Below, piece by piece: positions 41,804 to 53,914 of a stretch of DNA of 64,000 nucleotides. How positions within the stretch are numbered: the stretch's first letter is position 1; every line of letters begins with the position of its first letter. The position numbers and the translations under genes are program-made. This DNA comes from Mycobacteriales bacterium. GTDB taxonomy: Bacteria > Actinomycetota > Actinomycetes > Mycobacteriales > Pseudonocardiaceae. Location of the stretch: contig JBBPZY010000151.1 of the NCBI GenBank assembly GCA_038276315.1, positions 16,659 to 80,658 on the forward strand. The letters are read 5' to 3'. Under the pieces are notes generated by a model that saw only the letters and a program-made list of their open reading frames with translations, was not told where the DNA came from and did not search any database.

Positions 41804-43351
41804 ATGCTGCGCGTGCCGTGTGCGCAAGCACAGGTGCAGAGGGGGTGTCCGCATATCGAGACGGGTCAGCTGATCGCCGGTCACTACCGGGTGCTCGATC
41901 GCGTTGGCATCGGCGGCATGGGCGTCGTTTGGCGGGCCAAGGACGAGCGGCTCCAGCGGCTGGTGGCGGTAAAACAGCTGCTGGTGCAGCTGCACCTGAG
42001 CCCTCGGGCGACCGACGAGGCCCGGGCCCGGGCGCTGCGCGAGGCACGCATCGCCGCGCGCCTACATCACCCGAACGCCATCGTCATCTATGACGTGGCC
42101 GAGCACGAGGGTGAGCCCTGCCTGGTGATGGAGTACCTGCCATCGCGCAGCCTCGCGGCGGTCCTGGCTGAGAGTGGCTGCCTCCCGGTGCCGGAAGTAG
42201 CCTCGATCGGCAGGCAGATCGCCTCGGCGCTGGCCGCCGCGCACGCCGCTCAGATCGTCCACCGCGACGTCAAACCCGGGAACATCTTGATCACAGACGA
42301 CGGCACCGCGAAGATCACCGACTTCGGCGTCTCACGCGCCGCGGGTGATGTCACGGTCACCCAGACCGGGATGATGGCCGGTACCCCGGCCTACCTTGCA
42401 CCGGAGGTGGCTCGCGGGCAGATTCCGACGCCGGCGTCGGATGTCTTCTCCCTCGGCGCCACGCTCTACGCCTCGCTGGAGGGGAGCGGTCCATTCGGCG
42501 ACATCGACAACCCGCTCGCGCTGCTGCACGCGGCGGCCGGCGGCCAGGTGCGACCCCCCTGGCAGGCAGGCGCGCTATCAGCGGTGCTGATGAGGCTGCT
42601 GGCGACAGACCCGGCACAGCGTCCCGACATGTACCGCGCGAGCCAGGAACTCGCCGCAGTACGGACGACCCACCCGGGTTCCACGTCAGGCGCCGCGCGG
42701 ACGACCCGCGTGATCAGAACCGAGCGAGCGGACCCGACGCCGACCGTGGCGTCCGCTGCGCTGTTCGGTTCCCCACCGCAGGCGGCATCGTTGTCATCCG
42801 GCTGGACCGCCGACAGCTCCTTGACCAGCCGCAGGCAGCGGCGGGTCAAGGTCGGCGTGCTCACCGGAGTTGTCCTGGCGGTGCTCGTATTCACCGGAGT
42901 GGACGCGCTGCTGTCCGGAGGCTCATCCGGACAACAAGGCGCCCACTCCGTCGGGCAGGCGGCTGCGCCGGCGGCAACGCCGACCCCCGTCCTACCACCG
43001 CCGCCACAGGTGGAGCGGGTGGACCATGCCCAGCCAATCGAATGGAAGAACGCCGGCCAACTAGTGATCGACTACTACAATGGGATGAACGACCTGTCGA
43101 CGGACTGGGAGCTCCTGTCACCCACCGCCCAGGCCACCTTCGCCAGCGAGTCGGACTTCCGATCCTATTGGAGCAAATACTCCTCGGTCAGCGCTCGCAA
43201 CGCCTTCGGGGTCACGGATAATTCCGACGGTTCGGTGCAAGTGCCCGTCGAGGTCACCTACAACAACGGCGCCAACGCCCAGGTGGTGAAGCACGCGTTA
43301 CGAGTCACCCGGCTCAATGGCCAGCTACTCATCGACTCGGATCCGCGGTGA
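41804..43351 (+). CDS. Ser/Thr protein kinase with TM helix and uncharacterised extracytoplasmic domain
   Basis: GIGGMGVVWRA, VAVKQL, HRDVKPGN, DFG, APE, and one TM helix (VGVLTGVVLAVLVF). Start uncertain. Confidence 0.85.
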   Translation: MLRVPCAQAQVQRGCPHIETGQLIAGHYRVLDRVGIGGMGVVWRAKDERLQRLVAVKQLLVQLHLSPRATDEARARALREARIAARLHHPNAIVIYDVAEHEGEPCLVMEYLPSRSLAAVLAESGCLPVPEVASIGRQIASALAAAHAAQIVHRDVKPGNILITDDGTAKITDFGVSRAAGDVTVTQTGMMAGTPAYLAPEVARGQIPTPASDVFSLGATLYASLEGSGPFGDIDNPLALLHAAAGGQVRPPWQAGALSAVLMRLLATDPAQRPDMYRASQELAAVRTTHPGSTSGAARTTRVIRTERADPTPTVASAALFGSPPQAASLSSGWTADSSLTSRRQRRVKVGVLTGVVLAVLVFTGVDALLSGGSSGQQGAHSVGQAAAPAATPTPVLPPPPQVERVDHAQPIEWKNAGQLVIDYYNGMNDLSTDWELLSPTAQATFASESDFRSYWSKYSSVSARNAFGVTDNSDGSVQVPVEVTYNNGANAQVVKHALRVTRLNGQLLIDSDPR

Positions 43352-44012
43352 TGCCGCCGTCGGTTGCTACCGGGCGTCGGCAGACATAGGTCATGGCTGG
43401 CGGCAGGTGCCGCCAGAGGGTACGGGTGGGCAGCACCTCGCCGAACATCCGCTCCAGCTCGCTGCGGAACCGGCGCGCGGCGGGCGTCCAGTAGCCCAAG
43501 CTGTAAGCTGCGGCGGTGAACACCCCGTCGGGCTGCAGCGCGGCGGCGAAGATCGTCAAGAACTCGCGCTGTTGCCGCGGCCCGAACAGGCTCCAGGGCA
43601 GCACGGAGACGATCACATCGGCGCGGGCCACGCCGTGGTCGGCGAGGATGGCCGGAAGCGTGACGGCATCCGCGGTGACCACTCGCACCCCGAGCTGGCG
43701 GGACCGCAACCGGTCGGCGAGCCCGGAGTCCTTCTCGACCGCGATCACCACTGCGTCGTGGTCTGCCTCCCGAACGATCGCCGTGGTAACCGCCCCGCCG
43801 CCCGCACCGATCTCCACCACGACCGCGGGACGCCCAGCCTGGCCGGCTCCGGCCACCACCGCGGCTAACCGTTGGGCCAGCTCAGGACCGGAGGGCAGCA
43901 GGGTGCCGACATCGCGAGGAGACCGCGCAGCCGCCGCGAGAAAGGTGCCCCAGCCGCCACCGAGGGCACGCTGGACGGGATCTTGGGGATGCGAGACAGA
44001 ATGCGAGGCCAT
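43329..44012 (-). CDS. class I SAM-dependent methyltransferase
   Basis: VVEIGAGGGAVT motif I. I preferred the ATG at 44012. The ORF track extends to 44054. Confidence 0.75.
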   Translation of the reverse strand: MASHSVSHPQDPVQRALGGGWGTFLAAAARSPRDVGTLLPSGPELAQRLAAVVAGAGQAGRPAVVVEIGAGGGAVTTAIVREADHDAVVIAVEKDSGLADRLRSRQLGVRVVTADAVTLPAILADHGVARADVIVSVLPWSLFGPRQQREFLTIFAAALQPDGVFTAAAYSLGYWTPAARRFRSELERMFGEVLPTRTLWRHLPPAMTYVCRRPVATDGGITADPSR

Positions 44013-44140
44013 AGGGCACAGTGCACACCACCTGGTGCGGCGCCGCACTACCAAAGCAACAAGTGCTCAGGCCGCGAGTCCCCAATGAGACTCGGACGGA
44101 CCGCGGGCAACCACCGGAACGACTACGGGAGGGGGATTCG

Positions 44141-44923
44141 ATGGCTCCGCTGCGCGATGATCGCTATCTCGACGCGCTGGCTGCGCAGTCCGCGCTGTTC
44201 GCTGAGGCGCTGGCCGGCGCGGATCCGCAGCAGCGGGTTCCGACCTGCCCGGATTGGACGTTGCACCAGCTCACCGAGCACCTCGGGCAGGCCCACCGGT
44301 GGGCCACCGCGATCATCACTCGAGCGGCCACCACTCCACCCGACCGCAGCGACCTGCACACGACCGCGGCGCCCTCGGGCGCCGATGGCCTTGGCACCTG
44401 GTTGCGCGCCGGCGCTAGTGCGCTCGTGGACGCGATTCGAGCGGCCGACCCGCAGGCGCCCGTGTGGAGCTGGACCGGTGACCACAGCGTCGGCTTCTGG
44501 GCGCGCCGGATGGCCCATGAGACCGCGGTGCACCGTGCGGACGCCGACCTCGCGCTAGCTCGCGAGTTCACGCTGGACGCTGACCTCGCCGCCGATGCGA
44601 TTTCCGAGTGGCTGGGTTTCGTCAACTTGCCGCAGGCAGTGAAATACCGCCCGGAGCTCGCCGAGCTGCGCGGTGAGGGTCAGACTCTGCACCTGCATTC
44701 CACCGATCCGGGGCTTGGCGAGGCGGGGGAATGGATCGTCCGCCGGACACCGTCGGGTCCGGCCTGGGAACACGGCCACGCCAAGGGCGATGTCGCGGTG
44801 CGGGGGCCAGTGGTGCAGCTGCTACTGGTGGTGATGCGCCGCGTCCCAACCAGTGCGGCGTCCATCGACGTGCTCGGCGACGCCAGCGTTTTGGAGCACT
44901 GGCTAGCGCACACCCAGTTCTGA
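44141..44923 (+). CDS. maleylpyruvate isomerase-family (MDMPI_N/DinB-like) mycothiol-dependent enzyme
   Basis: TCPDWTLHQLTEHLGQAHRWA... and ...HETAVHRADA. GGGAGGGGG lies upstream of the ATG at 44141. Confidence 0.8.
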   Translation: MAPLRDDRYLDALAAQSALFAEALAGADPQQRVPTCPDWTLHQLTEHLGQAHRWATAIITRAATTPPDRSDLHTTAAPSGADGLGTWLRAGASALVDAIRAADPQAPVWSWTGDHSVGFWARRMAHETAVHRADADLALAREFTLDADLAADAISEWLGFVNLPQAVKYRPELAELRGEGQTLHLHSTDPGLGEAGEWIVRRTPSGPAWEHGHAKGDVAVRGPVVQLLLVVMRRVPTSAASIDVLGDASVLEHWLAHTQF

Positions 44924-45011
44924 AGGTCGGCCGTCCCTAGCCATCCCCCGACACTCGCCGACGATCCGCCTGCCCCCTGCCTGCTTCGCACCGTGGCCGC
45001 CTTTCACCGCG

Positions 45012-45067
45012 TTCTGGATGCAAACTGCACTAATTGGGCGCCGGATTACGGCAGTCTGCATCCAGAA
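45012..45067. repeat. 17-bp inverted repeat (16/17 match) with 22-nt AT-richer loop, about 100 bp upstream of the phosphatidyltransferase gene
   Basis: TTCTGGATGCAAACTGC ... GCAGTCTGCATCCAGAA. Confidence 0.6.
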
Positions 45068-45164
45068 TGCGCTTGGGGGGTTGCGGGAGGCCAGGCCGGC
45101 AGCAGCACTGCCGAACAGATTCGGTATCGGCGAGCGGCTAACGGTGTGTGCAAAAGTAGCTATC

Positions 45165-45797
45165 ATGCAGCACCAGCCCAGCGCCAGCCGGCCGAGCCAG
45201 CCCCGGCCGCAGGCGTCGGATCCGGCAGACCGGCTGCTTACCGTGCCCAACGTGCTCAGCGTGCTTCGGCTGGCAGGTGTCCCGCTGTTCCTGTGGCTGC
45301 TGCTGGGCCCGCACGAGGACCTGCTCGCGGTGCTCGTGCTGGTCCTGTCGGGTGTCACCGACTGGCTGGACGGCAAGCTCGCCAGGTTGCTGAACCAGTC
45401 CAGCAGGCTGGGGGCGTTGCTCGACCCGGCGGTCGACCGGTTGTACACGCTGACCACCCTGCTCGCGTTTGGTATGCGAGACGTCCTGCCCTGGTGGGTG
45501 GTGGCGGTGCTGCTCGGCCGGGACCTCGTGTTGCTGCTGGCGCTGCCCGTGCTGCGGCACCACGGCCACGGCCCGCTGCCGGTGCACTACGTGGGCAAGG
45601 CAGCGACTCTCTGCCTGCTCTACGCCTTTCCGTTCCTGCTGCTCGCCCATGACTCACATGGTTGGGTGGGCGCGGCGGCTCAGGCATTCGCGGTCGCCTT
45701 CACCGGATGGGGCGCAGCGCTGTACGTCTGGTCGGGAGTCCTGTACTTAATTCAAGTTCGGCTGACGGTACGTGCCGCGAGGGACGCGACCGGTTGA
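45165..45797 (+). CDS. CDP-alcohol phosphatidyltransferase (Rv1822/PgsA2-like)
   Basis: DWLDGKLARLLNQSSRLGALLDPAVDRL matches the D(x)2DG(x)2AR...D(x)3D motif. 210 aa from the ATG at 45165. Confidence 0.85.
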   Translation: MQHQPSASRPSQPRPQASDPADRLLTVPNVLSVLRLAGVPLFLWLLLGPHEDLLAVLVLVLSGVTDWLDGKLARLLNQSSRLGALLDPAVDRLYTLTTLLAFGMRDVLPWWVVAVLLGRDLVLLLALPVLRHHGHGPLPVHYVGKAATLCLLYAFPFLLLAHDSHGWVGAAAQAFAVAFTGWGAALYVWSGVLYLIQVRLTVRAARDATG

Positions 45798-45801
45798 TTG
45801 A

Positions 45802-46215
45802 ATGGGGGATGATGTGGAGGAACCTGCGGTGGTCCCCGAGGACCTGCGGTATACCCCGCAGCACGAGTGGGTGCTGGCTGGCGCGGACGGCACCGTGCGG
45901 ATCGGCATCACCGACTATGCGCAGAGGCAACTCGGAGATGTCGTTTACGTGCAGTTGCCGCCAGTCGGGAACTCGGTGGCGCCGGGAGAACCAGTCGGTG
46001 AGGTGGAGTCGACCAAGAGCGTGTCGGAACTCTTCGCGCCGGTAGCGGGTGAGGTGATCGCCTGCAACGATGCACTACAGGACAACCCTGAGTTGGTCAA
46101 CTCAGACCCCTACGGGGTGGGCTGGATGATCGAAGTCAAGCTGGCGGAGCGATCAGCGACGGACTCATTGATGGGTGCCGACGGCTACCGCAACCTCATC
46201 GAGCGGGATGGCTGA
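45802..46215 (+). CDS. gcvH: glycine cleavage system H protein
   Basis: Lipoyl-attachment motif GEVESTKSVSELFAPV. Confidence 0.9.
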   Translation: MGDDVEEPAVVPEDLRYTPQHEWVLAGADGTVRIGITDYAQRQLGDVVYVQLPPVGNSVAPGEPVGEVESTKSVSELFAPVAGEVIACNDALQDNPELVNSDPYGVGWMIEVKLAERSATDSLMGADGYRNLIERDG

Positions 46216-46293
46216 CCTCCGTCCCAAGGCCTGCGGGTGGCACGATAGGTTGTGGTCCGATCAACGACGACCATCCCGTGAGGAGAGCCCAGC

Positions 46294-46764
46294 GTGAGCA
46301 CCAACGACGGGCCTGGTGTGCCACCGGAGCGGGGCCCGGAACAGACATCGACGTTCCGGGCCGACTTCCTCGCCGAGGTAGAGGGTGTCGAGGCACCGGC
46401 GCCGCCAGTTGCCGGCGTCGATGCATTGTCTGCCGGCTCGGCACTGCTGGTGGTCAAGCGTGGCCCCAACGCTGGTTCGCGGTTTCTCCTCGACCGGTCC
46501 ACCACGAGCGCAGGCCGGCATCCGGAAAGCGATATCTTCCTTGACGACGTGACGGTTTCCCGCCGGCACGCCGAGTTCCGCCGCGAGGGTGGCGAGTTCG
46601 TGGTGGTGGACGTCGGCAGCCTCAACGGCACCTACGTCAACCGCGAGCCGGTGGACACCGCTCTGCTGGCCAATGGTGATGAGGTGCAGATCGGCAAGTT
46701 CCGACTGGTGTTCTTGACCGGTCCGCGCGCCGGAGACCAAGGGGCTGACCAGGGGTCCCGGTGA
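46294..46764 (+). CDS. garA: FHA-domain regulator GarA/OdhI
   Basis: N-terminal phospho-motif region (PEQTSTFRADFL) and a C-terminal FHA domain (GRHPESDIFLDDVTVSRRHAEF...NGTYVN). Confidence 0.9.
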   Translation: MSTNDGPGVPPERGPEQTSTFRADFLAEVEGVEAPAPPVAGVDALSAGSALLVVKRGPNAGSRFLLDRSTTSAGRHPESDIFLDDVTVSRRHAEFRREGGEFVVVDVGSLNGTYVNREPVDTALLANGDEVQIGKFRLVFLTGPRAGDQGADQGSR

Positions 46765-47489
46765 CAGCTCCGGGGCGCTCCGGGGATCTCTCCGGGGCGA
46801 GCATCGGTTCAGTGCTCGCGCAGCTGCGGACGGACTTCCCCGACGTCACCATCTCAAAGATCAGGTTCCTGGAATCCGAGGGGCTCGTCCAACCGGAACG
46901 AAGCGCTGCGGGCTACCGGCAGTTCTCGCTGGCTGACATTCACCGGCTGCGCTACGTGCTCGCCGCCCAGCGCGACCACTACCTCCCGCTGAGGGTCATC
47001 AAAGAGCACCTTGACGCGTTGGACCGCGGCGGCTCTGACGGTATGCCTGAAAGACACTCTGATGCGAGCTGGCCACGGTCGGTCCCGGGCCGGTCGGAGA
47101 ACCTCGACACCGTCGATACCACGCGCATCACCCAGGAGGAGTTGCTCGCCCTCGCCGGCATCGGGCGCGCGGCGCTAACCGAGCTCGAGCAGTTCGGCCT
47201 GGTTCGGCCAGGCCCAGCTGGCTTCTATGACACCGATGCGGTGCTAGTGGCAAAGACCGCCCGGGCGATGACCGATTTCGGGCTTGAACCGCGGCATTTA
47301 CGCTCCTTCCGCGCGTCGGCTGACCGGGAGGTGGGCCTGCTGGCGCAGATCGTCACTCCGATGAGCCGGCAGCGAGATCCCGACGCGCGAGCTCGCGCCG
47401 AGGAGGCGGTTCGGGAGTTGGCGGTGCTGTCATTGCGGCTACACGCACTACTCGTGAAGATCGGGCTGCGCGGCGTCATCGGGAACTGA
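46761..47489 (+). CDS. MerR-family transcriptional regulator (Rv1828-like)
   Basis: ISKIRFLESEGLVQPERSAAGYRQFS HTH. The GTG overlaps the garA TGA. Confidence 0.85.
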   Translation: MTAPGRSGDLSGASIGSVLAQLRTDFPDVTISKIRFLESEGLVQPERSAAGYRQFSLADIHRLRYVLAAQRDHYLPLRVIKEHLDALDRGGSDGMPERHSDASWPRSVPGRSENLDTVDTTRITQEELLALAGIGRAALTELEQFGLVRPGPAGFYDTDAVLVAKTARAMTDFGLEPRHLRSFRASADREVGLLAQIVTPMSRQRDPDARARAEEAVRELAVLSLRLHALLVKIGLRGVIGN

Positions 47490-47667
47490 GCGAATTTGGA
47501 TCGCTGCGGGACTCGGCATCAGGAGGGTGCCGCGTGTAGCGTCTTAAGGTAGCGATGGTGGAGCTTGCTGGGCTGGCTGCTAACGGCCGGTACCCAATCC
47601 ACCGCCGAGCACGACGATCCTCGAGGCACCCGGACGGCAGGGTGTGGCGGGAGGGAGGCGCAACGCG

Positions 47668-48141
47668 ATGAGCGAGATGCGTGTCGTCGGGGTCCGGGTG
47701 GAGTTGCCGGCGAACCAGCCGATCCTGTTGCTTCGGGAAACCGAGGGCGAGCGCTACCTGCCGATCTGGATCGGTTCGGGGGAGGCGACGGCTATCGCCT
47801 TGGAGCAGCAGGGCGTGCAACCGGCTCGACCCATGACTCACGACCTACTCAAGGACGTGATCAGCGCGCTGGGTAGGGAGTTGAAACAGGTTCGGATCAC
47901 CGAGCTGCAAGAGGGCACCTTCTTCGCCGAGCTGGTCTTCGACGGTAACGTGCGGGTTTCCGCTCGGCCTAGCGACTCGGTCGCCCTAGCGCTGCGGGTC
48001 GGAGTGCCAATCCACGTCGAGGAGTCGGTGCTCTCCGAGGCCGGCTTGATCATCCCTGATGAGCAGGAGAACGAGGTCGAGAGATTCCGGGAGTTCCTCG
48101 ACTCGGTGTCCCCGGAGGACTTCCGCGGAGCGGATACCTGA
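47668..48141 (+). CDS. bifunctional nuclease family protein (DUF151, Rv1829-like)
   Basis: MRVVGVRVELPANQPILLLRE...YLPIWIG. GGGAGGGAGG lies upstream of the ATG at 47668. Confidence 0.85.
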   Translation: MSEMRVVGVRVELPANQPILLLRETEGERYLPIWIGSGEATAIALEQQGVQPARPMTHDLLKDVISALGRELKQVRITELQEGTFFAELVFDGNVRVSARPSDSVALALRVGVPIHVEESVLSEAGLIIPDEQENEVERFREFLDSVSPEDFRGADT

Positions 48142-48294
48142 TCGCCCTCGCTGAGCGGGTACCTGACCGCTGTGTGGAGCGGACGCCCGATGGATGCTGC
48201 CCTTAAGCTGACGTTGAGGGTGAGACTCCGCGCGTCGGATTGACCCACCACCCACCGACGCCTACCGTCGACCCTCACAGCAAGTCGGGTCAGT

Positions 48295-48963
48295 GTGCTT
48301 CGTCCCGAGCGTCCGGAGGATTCTTCACGGGCCGCGGGGCTTGCGAGCTACCGACGCAAGGCGTGGGAGGCATGGGTGGTCGATGGACCGCAGGGCGCAG
48401 CGGGCGAGCCAGCGGCGCAAGGCACCCTGTTCCCCGAGTCCGTTCTGGCTGATCCGCATGGCTTGACCGACCAACTGCTCGGCTACCGAGGTCCAGCGGC
48501 CTGCCAGATCGCCGGGATCACCTACCGTCAGCTGGACTACTGGGCGCGGACGAACCTGGTTGTGCCCTCAATTCGCGGCGCCTCCGGATCCGGCAGTCAA
48601 CGGTTGTACTCCTTCAAAGACATCCTGGTGCTCAAAGTGGTCAAGCGGCTGTTGGACACCGGTGTCTCGCTGCAGAACATCCGGGTGGCCGTCGAGCACC
48701 TGCGTCGCCGCGGAGTTCGCGACTTGGCTCGGATCACGCTGTTCAGCGATGGCACCACCGTCTACGAGTGCACGTCCCCTGAGGAGGTAGTGGATCTGTT
48801 GCAGGGTGGGCAGGGCGTATTCGGGATCGCGGTCAGTGGGGCGGTGAAGGAGATCGCCGGATCGATCAGACAGTTTCCTCCGGAGCGCGCCGACGGTGGG
48901 CACGTCGCGACAGCTCCAGAGGACGAGCTGACCAAGCGCCGACGGACGCGTCGAATCAGCTGA
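48295..48963 (+). CDS. MerR-family transcriptional regulator (Rv1830-like)
   Basis: LGYRGPAACQIAGITYRQLDYWARTNLV...RLYSFKDILVLKVVKRLLDTG. Start uncertain. Confidence 0.85.
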   Translation: MLRPERPEDSSRAAGLASYRRKAWEAWVVDGPQGAAGEPAAQGTLFPESVLADPHGLTDQLLGYRGPAACQIAGITYRQLDYWARTNLVVPSIRGASGSGSQRLYSFKDILVLKVVKRLLDTGVSLQNIRVAVEHLRRRGVRDLARITLFSDGTTVYECTSPEEVVDLLQGGQGVFGIAVSGAVKEIAGSIRQFPPERADGGHVATAPEDELTKRRRTRRIS

Positions 48964-49108
48964 AACGCAGCTGTGTAGCTGGTCACAGCGGGTGCCGGGA
49001 GCGCGAGGGTCGCAATCCCCACGGGTACGGTAGGTGAGTAGTCGCCAAGCTCGTGCCGGATAATTTCCCACCATCGTTGCCCTGGCGTCGAAGGAGCAAA
49101 CCTTCGTA

Positions 49109-52021
<2,913 letters not shown>

Positions 52022-52363
52022 CAACGAGGATCACGCATGGGGCCATTCGCGCCCTCGTGCAGCTGGTCGTGAGTCGATCTGTCACAGATTTTTCGCGGCT
52101 GGTTCCGTTTCCCGATGTGCGGGGCGCGAGCAACCAGGCCGGTGCGTGGGATCACGTCGGTGCGTCGCGAAACCCGGACCTCACCGACGGGTCGACAGCT
52201 AGCGAACTCACCGACTTCACCAACGTCCTTGGCCGTGCCGCACTCGCTAAACCGTTGCCGTGGGGGAACCCGGATCCGCTACGCAGCAGGCGATCGCACA
52301 TGGTGACGCCGGCGGCCAGGCCGGTAACTGGGCGAACTGGAGCTGGACGCTAGGCCCGCAAGG

Positions 52364-52732
52364 CTACAGCCGGAAGACCGTCTCCACCGAAAACCAGAAT
52401 AGGTCGCGTCTTGCCGACGAGGTCCGCCAGCGCCGGTGATCCCACGCGTCACCACTCACGTCGTCCCCGGCGTAGAGGTACTGGATGAACCGCACCGCAC
52501 GATGTTGGGCGACCGCGAGAAACGCCGCTGTCCCCATCTCCACCGTGACACACCCCTCGGCGCGGCGGGCCTGGATTTTAGAGCGCGTTTCGCGGTGCGG
52601 CGCATCGGTGGTCCAGGTCTTACCCACGAGATGCGGAACTCCGCGCTCCTCAAGCACAGCAACCGCGGCGGCGACCGCATCAGGGTCGGCGCTGATCTCC
52701 CGGCCCGCGACCCTAGCCAGCACCCCGCTCAC
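52364..52732 (-). pseudogene. C-terminal half of a PNP/UDP-family nucleoside phosphorylase (5'-truncated remnant)
   Basis: KTWTTDAPHRET...CVTVEMGTAAFLAVA matches the C-terminal half of the family. Only about 115 bp separate it from the next gene, so the roughly 110-aa N-terminal half cannot be present. Confidence 0.5.
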
Positions 52733-52848
52733 CGGTGCCAGTCACACGACCACGAGGCTCCGGCAGGGCCAGCTCCGCGAATACGCGACAGTCGATTACG
52801 CGAGCTCACCGGTTTCATCCCCGAAATGCCGCCACAAACCGCTGAAGA

Positions 52849-53730
52849 TCACAGGTTATCCAGCACGGCGAGGTCGAGGCTGGCAAGGCGCTTCGGGTCG
52901 GCGATCACCTCGTACGCGGCGATCCGATCCCCTTCGATGGTGAACGTCAGAGCCAACATCAACTGTCCGCGCGGCGCCACTACAACTCCCACATCGTCGT
53001 TGACCAGCGCCGATTCGGCGAGTCGGGATCTGCGCCCGAACACGGCCGTCTCCTCGGCGACGGCCCTGGCGCCTCGGACCTGTGGGACCGCGCCGGGTGG
53101 CAACGCGGCCGGGTCGGCCCGGCGGACCACGTCAGGGGCCAACACCGCGAGCAGGGCGTCGAGGTCGCCTCGGCGCGCAGCGGCAAGGAAGGCGTCAACC
53201 ACCCGCCGGTGCCGGACGAGCAAGGCGGACGGAACCTCCGGCGCGCCGCGAACGCGGTGGCGCGCGCGGCTGGCGAGCTTCTTCGAGGCCACCGGTGAAC
53301 GGTCCACGATCAGCGCGATCTGGTCGAACGGCACGGCGAACAAATCGTGCAGCACGAATGCGACTCGCTCCGCGGGAGCCAGCGTGTCCAACACCACGAG
53401 CAGCGCACGCCCGACCGAGTCGACCAACAGCGCCTCGTGCTCCGGATCGCTCCCGTCGGCGATCGCCCGGATCCGGTCCGGCACCTGCTGCCCGACCAGG
53501 TCCTCGCGTCGTGACCGGCGCGAACGCAGCATGTCGAGGCACACCCCGGACGCCACGGTTCGCAGCCAGCCGGCCAGGTTCTCGACCGCGTCGACGTCGA
53601 CGCGACCAAGCCGCAGCCACACCTCCTGAACGGCGTCTTCCGCCTCGCCCGGGAGCATGCGGTAGGCGAGCGCGCGCAGATCGCCGCGATGAGTCTCGAA
53701 CCGTTCGGCCAGCCCGTCCTGCGCACCCAT
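52849..53730 (-). CDS. ECF sigma factor with SnoaL-like C-terminal extension (ECF41/SigJ-like)
   Basis: Sigma region 2 (DAVQEVWLRL) and region 4 (ERVAFVLHDLFAVPFDQIA), plus an approximately 100-aa C-terminal extension. No adjacent anti-sigma gene. Confidence 0.85.
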   Translation of the reverse strand: MGAQDGLAERFETHRGDLRALAYRMLPGEAEDAVQEVWLRLGRVDVDAVENLAGWLRTVASGVCLDMLRSRRSRREDLVGQQVPDRIRAIADGSDPEHEALLVDSVGRALLVVLDTLAPAERVAFVLHDLFAVPFDQIALIVDRSPVASKKLASRARHRVRGAPEVPSALLVRHRRVVDAFLAAARRGDLDALLAVLAPDVVRRADPAALPPGAVPQVRGARAVAEETAVFGRRSRLAESALVNDDVGVVVAPRGQLMLALTFTIEGDRIAAYEVIADPKRLASLDLAVLDNL

Positions 53731-53914
53731 CGGTCACCTCTGCTCGTCGTGCTTCGTCGTACCCGATGAGGAGACGAGCGGTGTGACTCGGTGCGAGACC
53801 CGAGCGGTCAGGTGCGTGTGCTGCGCCCCTGATGTCCGAGCGCCGCCAGTGTAGGCGGTCCCCACCGCCCACCGATCAGATGAGGAGCCGACACGTGTCG
53901 ATCGAGGTAGGCCG

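Noticed and set aside
48964-49108. Possible glycine riboswitch upstream of gcvP. GGCGUCGAAGGAGCAA (49084-49099) resembles the conserved CACCGAAGGGGCAA core, and actinobacterial gcvP leaders are known to carry this riboswitch.
   Set aside because: I could not find the partner elements, namely a GGAGAG/CUCUC P1 helix, P2/P3 hairpins and the 3' CUCUCAGG..AAAGGAC box. GAAGGAG sits 12 nt before the ATG and is explained more simply as the Shine-Dalgarno sequence. Running cmscan with RF00504 on 48950-49130 would settle it.
52436-53629. 397-aa plus-strand ORF
   Set aside because: It is antisense to the ECF sigma factor gene and the phosphorylase remnant. It is Ser/Arg/Thr/Pro-rich low-complexity sequence.
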